Source of the DNA: Chthoniobacterales bacterium
Lineage (GTDB): Bacteria > Verrucomicrobiota > Verrucomicrobiia > Chthoniobacterales > JAATET01
Direction: 5' to 3'
DNA length: 64,000 bases
Assembly: GCA_036569045.1 (NCBI GenBank)
Contig: DATCRI010000087.1
Location: forward strand, 381-64,380
Of this stretch, positions 61,463-64,000 are shown one piece after another (the first letter of the stretch is position 1; the number at the start of each line of letters is the position of its first letter). A program made the position numbers and the translations under genes. The notes beneath the pieces are model-generated. The model was given only the letters and a program-made list of their open reading frames with translations, was not told where the DNA came from and ran no database searches.

Positions 61463-61945
61463 ATGTCTATCGCAGATTCCGCTTCGGGCCAATCGGCATT
61501 TTCCATTCGGGTGAGCGTGCCGGAGCAACGGCTCGACCTGCTCGAGGACGAAACCATCGTGGCAACCTATCCCGTCTCAACCTCGAAATACGGGCTCGGC
61601 TCCGAGCCGGGAAGCTACCGGACGCCCACGGGCCAATTCGTCATCGGAGAGATGATCGGCGGCGATGCGCCGGCGTGGACGGCGTTCAAAGGGCGACAGC
61701 CGGTCGGGATTTTTTCCGCCACGGATGACGACGAGGACGGCATCCTTTCCCGCATCCTCTGGCTCAGCGGACTCGAGCCGCAGAATGCGAACACGCGCGA
61801 CCGCTACGTCTACATCCACGGGACGAACCAGGAGGCACTGATCGGCACGCCCGCGAGCCACGGATGCGTGCGGATGCGGAACGCCGACGTGATCGACCTC
61901 TACGGCCGGGTGCGCCCCGGGACGCCGGTGCACATTCTCGCCTGA
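61463..61945 (+). CDS. L,D-transpeptidase (YkuD domain), no recognisable signal peptide
   Basis: ATG at 61463, in frame within the over-long track ORF 60284-61945. YVYIHGTNQEALIGTPASHGCVRMRNADV catalytic motif. It is a clear paralogue of 46805-47335 (shared ATYPVSTSK.G.G..PGS..TP.G.F and ILWL.GLEP.N.N). Confidence 0.85.
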   Translation: MSIADSASGQSAFSIRVSVPEQRLDLLEDETIVATYPVSTSKYGLGSEPGSYRTPTGQFVIGEMIGGDAPAWTAFKGRQPVGIFSATDDDEDGILSRILWLSGLEPQNANTRDRYVYIHGTNQEALIGTPASHGCVRMRNADVIDLYGRVRPGTPVHILA

Positions 61946-62041
61946 TTGGTGTCGCGGCGGGCCCGAATTTCATTGTCGCCCGGTGGGGATGGAGCGTTAA
62001 TCAACGCCAGCTTCCAGCAAGGAAAGGAGGGGAAATATTTC

Positions 62042-62161
62042 ATGAAATTCGTCAAGATCGCGGCCTTCACCGTCTTCGCGGCCGCTTCGCTCAGCCTCGG
62101 TGCCTGTGCTTCGAAGCCCGCTCCGGCTCCGATGCCGTCCACGATGGGCATGTCGAAGTAA
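62042..62161 (+). CDS. 39-aa mini-lipoprotein with C-terminal Lys (copy A)
   Basis: MKFVKIAAFTVFAAASLSLGACASKPAPAPMPSTMGMSK. Strong Shine-Dalgarno (AAGGAGG) about 9 nt upstream. Lipobox L-G-A-C. Followed by a strong terminator. It lies inside track ORF 61946-62161. Confidence 0.75.
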   Translation: MKFVKIAAFTVFAAASLSLGACASKPAPAPMPSTMGMSK

Positions 62162-62181
62162 TTCGCCATTGCACATCATTC

Positions 62182-62219
62182 AGGCCGGGATGGTTTTGAG
62201 ATCATTCCGGCCTTTTTTG
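62182..62219 (+). terminator. intrinsic terminator after mini-lipoprotein A
   Basis: AGGCCGGGATGGT-tttgag-ATCATTCCGGCCT followed by TTTTTT. The stem is about 13 bp including G-U pairs. Confidence 0.85.
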
Positions 62220-62314
62220 CGCCCGGACGCGCATTTTTGGAAAATGTATTGTCTCGCTTTCGGCAATCGGTTTAACAGGGCCAGCAATTTGCGAAGAAAG
62301 GGGGGAAATATTTC

Positions 62315-62428
62315 ATGAAATTCGTCAAGATCGCGGCGTTCGCCGTTTTCGCAGCCGCCTCGCTCAGCCTCGGCGCCTGTGCGTCGAAGCCGGCTCCGGC
62401 TCCGGCCAGCGTGGGCATGTCCAAGTAA
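62315..62428 (+). CDS. 37-aa mini-lipoprotein with C-terminal Lys (copy B)
   Basis: My translation of atgaaattcgtcaag...ggcatgtccaagtaa is MKFVKIAAFAVFAAASLSLGACASKPAPAPASVGMSK. It is not in the ORF track (too short). Most differences from copy A in the signal peptide are synonymous. Confidence 0.75.
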   Translation: MKFVKIAAFAVFAAASLSLGACASKPAPAPASVGMSK

Positions 62429-62448
62429 GACATCCCGCCACCTGAATC

Positions 62449-62489
62449 AGGCCGGAGTGATTTCTCGTAAATCATTCCGGTCTTTTTTT
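62449..62489 (+). terminator. intrinsic terminator after mini-lipoprotein B (overlaps the 3' end of the convergent mpg gene)
   Basis: AGGCCGGAGTGATTT-ctcgt-AAATCATTCCGGTCT followed by TTTTTTT. The stem is about 15 bp including G-U pairs. Confidence 0.85.
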
Positions 62490-63065
62490 GTCCGTCGGCG
62501 CGTTCCGCGGACGCACGCTCACGTAGCGACTGCCCGCGAGCGTGAAGCGCCACGGCAATTCCGCCGCCACCGAGATACCGATCCTGCCATCGGCCACCAG
62601 TTTCGGACGCCCGAGCCGCGGCTGAAACGCATGGTCCGGATCCGTGCACAGATCGCGACCATGCCACGCCCCATCGATCCCGAGCGCCTGCGTGAGTCGC
62701 CCCGGCCCGGCACACAACCGACGGCCATCATCGAGGCCCCGGCGCCCGGCCATCGCGGCGATCCCCTTCACCGGCTCCAGCGCGCGAAAGAGGACGAACC
62801 CCTGGCGACGGGGCCCTTTCACCAGCACGTTGAGCATCCAATGCATGCCGTAGTTCAAATACACGTAGGCCGTGCCCGGCCCGTGCCGCTCGACGAAGGC
62901 CCGCGAACTCGGCCGGAAAAACGTGTGGGACGCCGCGTCGCCCACGGTGTCGTAGGCTTCGGTTTCCACGATGATCCCCGAGCACTCGCCCCAAATCAGC
63001 TCCGCGCCGATCAACTGCCGGGCGCAGACCAGCGGCGCCCGCTCGAAAAAATCCCGAGTGATCAC
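62472..63065 (-). CDS. mpg: DNA-3-methyladenine (alkylpurine) glycosylase, Mpg/AAG family
   Basis: FFERAPLVCARQLIGAEL...GIIVETEAYDTVGDAASHTF...RSRAFVERHGPGTAYVYLNYGMHWMLNV...LFRALEP...GPGRLTQALGI is the AAG/Mpg signature. Confidence 0.9.
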   Translation of the reverse strand: MITRDFFERAPLVCARQLIGAELIWGECSGIIVETEAYDTVGDAASHTFFRPSSRAFVERHGPGTAYVYLNYGMHWMLNVLVKGPRRQGFVLFRALEPVKGIAAMAGRRGLDDGRRLCAGPGRLTQALGIDGAWHGRDLCTDPDHAFQPRLGRPKLVADGRIGISVAAELPWRFTLAGSRYVSVRPRNAPTDKKRPE

Positions 63066-63077
63066 GCTCGCCTCGAG

Positions 63078-63815
63078 TTACAGCCCGCTCGGGTGGTCGA
63101 GGAACTCCCACGGCAGATCGAACTTTCGCTCGAGCGCCGCGCCGAGCGCCTTTACGCCGAAAGTCTCCGTCGCGTAATGCCCGGCGTAGATCAGATTCAC
63201 GCCCAGTTCCTCCGCCGCAGTGAAGCTCCAATGCGGGCCCTCGCCAGTGAGGAAGGTGTCCACACCGGCCGCAGCCGCCTTTGCGATCTCGCCGCCGGCG
63301 CCGCCGGAGCAGATGCCCAGCCGCCGCACGCGGTCCGGTCCGCCCGGAGCGACATGCACCGGGGACTGCACGATAGCCTCGATTCGGTCGATGAGCTCTA
63401 CCAACGGCTGGTTCACCGCGGCCTGCACGCCGATTTCAAGGAACGGCGTCGTGCGCCTGATCCCGAGGGCTTTCGCGAGCAGCGCGTTGTTGCCGAGTTT
63501 CGGATGGAGATCGAGTGGCAGGTGGGAGCTGTAAATGGCCAAGCCGGCCGTGATGGCCCGATGCAGCTTGCGGTAGAGCGCGCCGTCGATCCGCTGGGCG
63601 CCGCCCCAGAGAAAACCGTGGTGCACGATCAGCAGATCGGCGCCGGCCTCGACCGCCTGGTCGATCACCGCCTCGCAGGCGTCCACCGCGCAGGCCACGC
63701 GGGTGACCTCGCCCGCATTCGCGAGCTGCAGGCCGTTGTGCGCACCGGGGTAATCCTTGATCTCGTCCGTGCGGAGTTCCCGATCCAGAAAGGCGACGAT
63801 TCCCGCGAGTTCCAT
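63078..63815 (-). CDS. Nif3-like dinuclear metal centre protein (YbgI / GTP cyclohydrolase 1 type 2 family)
   Basis: The track ORF starts at TTG 63851; I prefer ATG at 63815 (MELAGIVAFLD...). Motifs: DYPGAHNGLQ, ADLLIVHHGFLWG, YSSHLPLD, GHYATETFG. Confidence 0.85.
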   Translation of the reverse strand: MELAGIVAFLDRELRTDEIKDYPGAHNGLQLANAGEVTRVACAVDACEAVIDQAVEAGADLLIVHHGFLWGGAQRIDGALYRKLHRAITAGLAIYSSHLPLDLHPKLGNNALLAKALGIRRTTPFLEIGVQAAVNQPLVELIDRIEAIVQSPVHVAPGGPDRVRRLGICSGGAGGEIAKAAAAGVDTFLTGEGPHWSFTAAEELGVNLIYAGHYATETFGVKALGAALERKFDLPWEFLDHPSGL

Positions 63816-63833
63816 GGCGCGAACATCCGTTAG

Positions 63834-63849
63834 TTCTGTAATTTCTGTC
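63834..63849 (+). promoter_or_regulatory. AT-rich direct-repeat motif TTCTGTAATTTCTGTC upstream of ychF (possible -10/operator)
   Basis: 15/16 identical to 12144-12159. It lies 24 nt upstream of the ychF ATG in the nif3/ychF divergent region. Function not established. Confidence 0.3.
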
Positions 63850-63873
63850 AAAGTCCTTTAACGTCCGCCCCCT

Positions 63874-64000
63874 ATGCTCAAAGCCGGAATCGTGGGTCTG
63901 CCGAACGTTGGCAAATCGACCCTCTTCAACGCCCTGACCCGCACGCGCAAAGCCGCCGCGGCCAATTTTCCCTTCTGCACCATCGAGCCGAACGTCGGCA
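63874..64000 (+). CDS. ychF: ribosome-binding ATPase YchF, N-terminal fragment (continues beyond window)
   Basis: My translation from ATG 63874 is [42 protein letters not shown]. This is the canonical YchF/OLA1 G1 motif and N-terminus. Confidence 0.92.
   Translation, partial: MLKAGIVGLPNVGKSTLFNALTRTRKAAAANFPFCTIEPNVG

Larger units (their letters stand above)
61996..62489 (+). repeat. tandem duplication (period about 273 bp) of a promoter-RBS-minigene-terminator cassette
   Basis: Copy A spans about 61996-62219 and copy B about 62270-62489. They align from GTTAATCAACGCCAGC / GTTTAACAGGGCCAGC, through GGGGAAATATTTCATGAAATTCGTCAAGATCGCGGC, to the terminator ATCATTCCGG(C/T)CTTTTTT. Confidence 0.9.

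Overview
The window is a GC-rich, densely packed bacterial chromosomal segment. I support about 60 protein-coding genes. I found no rRNA, tRNA, CRISPR array, transposase or integrase. The gene content suggests a PVC-type genome, probably Verrucomicrobiota (Opitutae-like): a PEP-CTERM protein, an NxxGxxAF-repeat protein, a GxxExxY protein, and large LamG/beta-propeller/cytochrome and carboxypeptidase-regulatory-like repeat proteins. That taxonomic call is inference only.

Most genes are housekeeping:
- miaB, rimO, ftsK, hisI, cysS, ispF, asd, uvrC, recO, clpS, ybeY/phoH, rpsN, rex and ychF
- agmatine deiminase, an M29 aminopeptidase, a LolC/E-type permease, a heptose kinase, rlpA, an inositol monophosphatase, and two DNA glycosylases

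The supplied ORF track uses ATG, GTG and TTG starts and always reports the longest ORF. Many tracks are therefore over-extended or are antisense artefacts of the high GC content. Where I moved a start codon, the evidence field says so.

Observations most worth follow-up:
1. A YkuD L,D-transpeptidase gene is followed by a tandem-duplicated mini-gene. Each copy encodes a 37-39 aa lipoprotein ending in a C-terminal Lys (GMSK). This could be a miniature Braun-lipoprotein-like peptidoglycan tether.
2. A perfectly phased array of 9-10 copies of a 21-bp palindromic unit lies between the convergent rimO and hisI genes.
3. A 5-gene envelope module (43881-50742) combines a processive GT2, a GT-C protein, a lipoprotein L,D-transpeptidase, a polytopic-membrane::hotdog-thioesterase fusion and a GH75-like lipoprotein.
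4. A GxxExxY (PD-(D/E)XK-like) gene is bracketed by inverted 9-bp-periodic CACGGAT repeats. A possibly related gene-less inverted repeat lies upstream of uvrC.
5. A frameshift-prone AATCCAA x4 heptanucleotide repeat lies inside uvrC.
6. A translationally coupled operon encodes a giant TPR protein, a secreted helical protein and a membrane VWA-like protein of unknown function.

All functional assignments come from motif recognition by eye. No searches were run.
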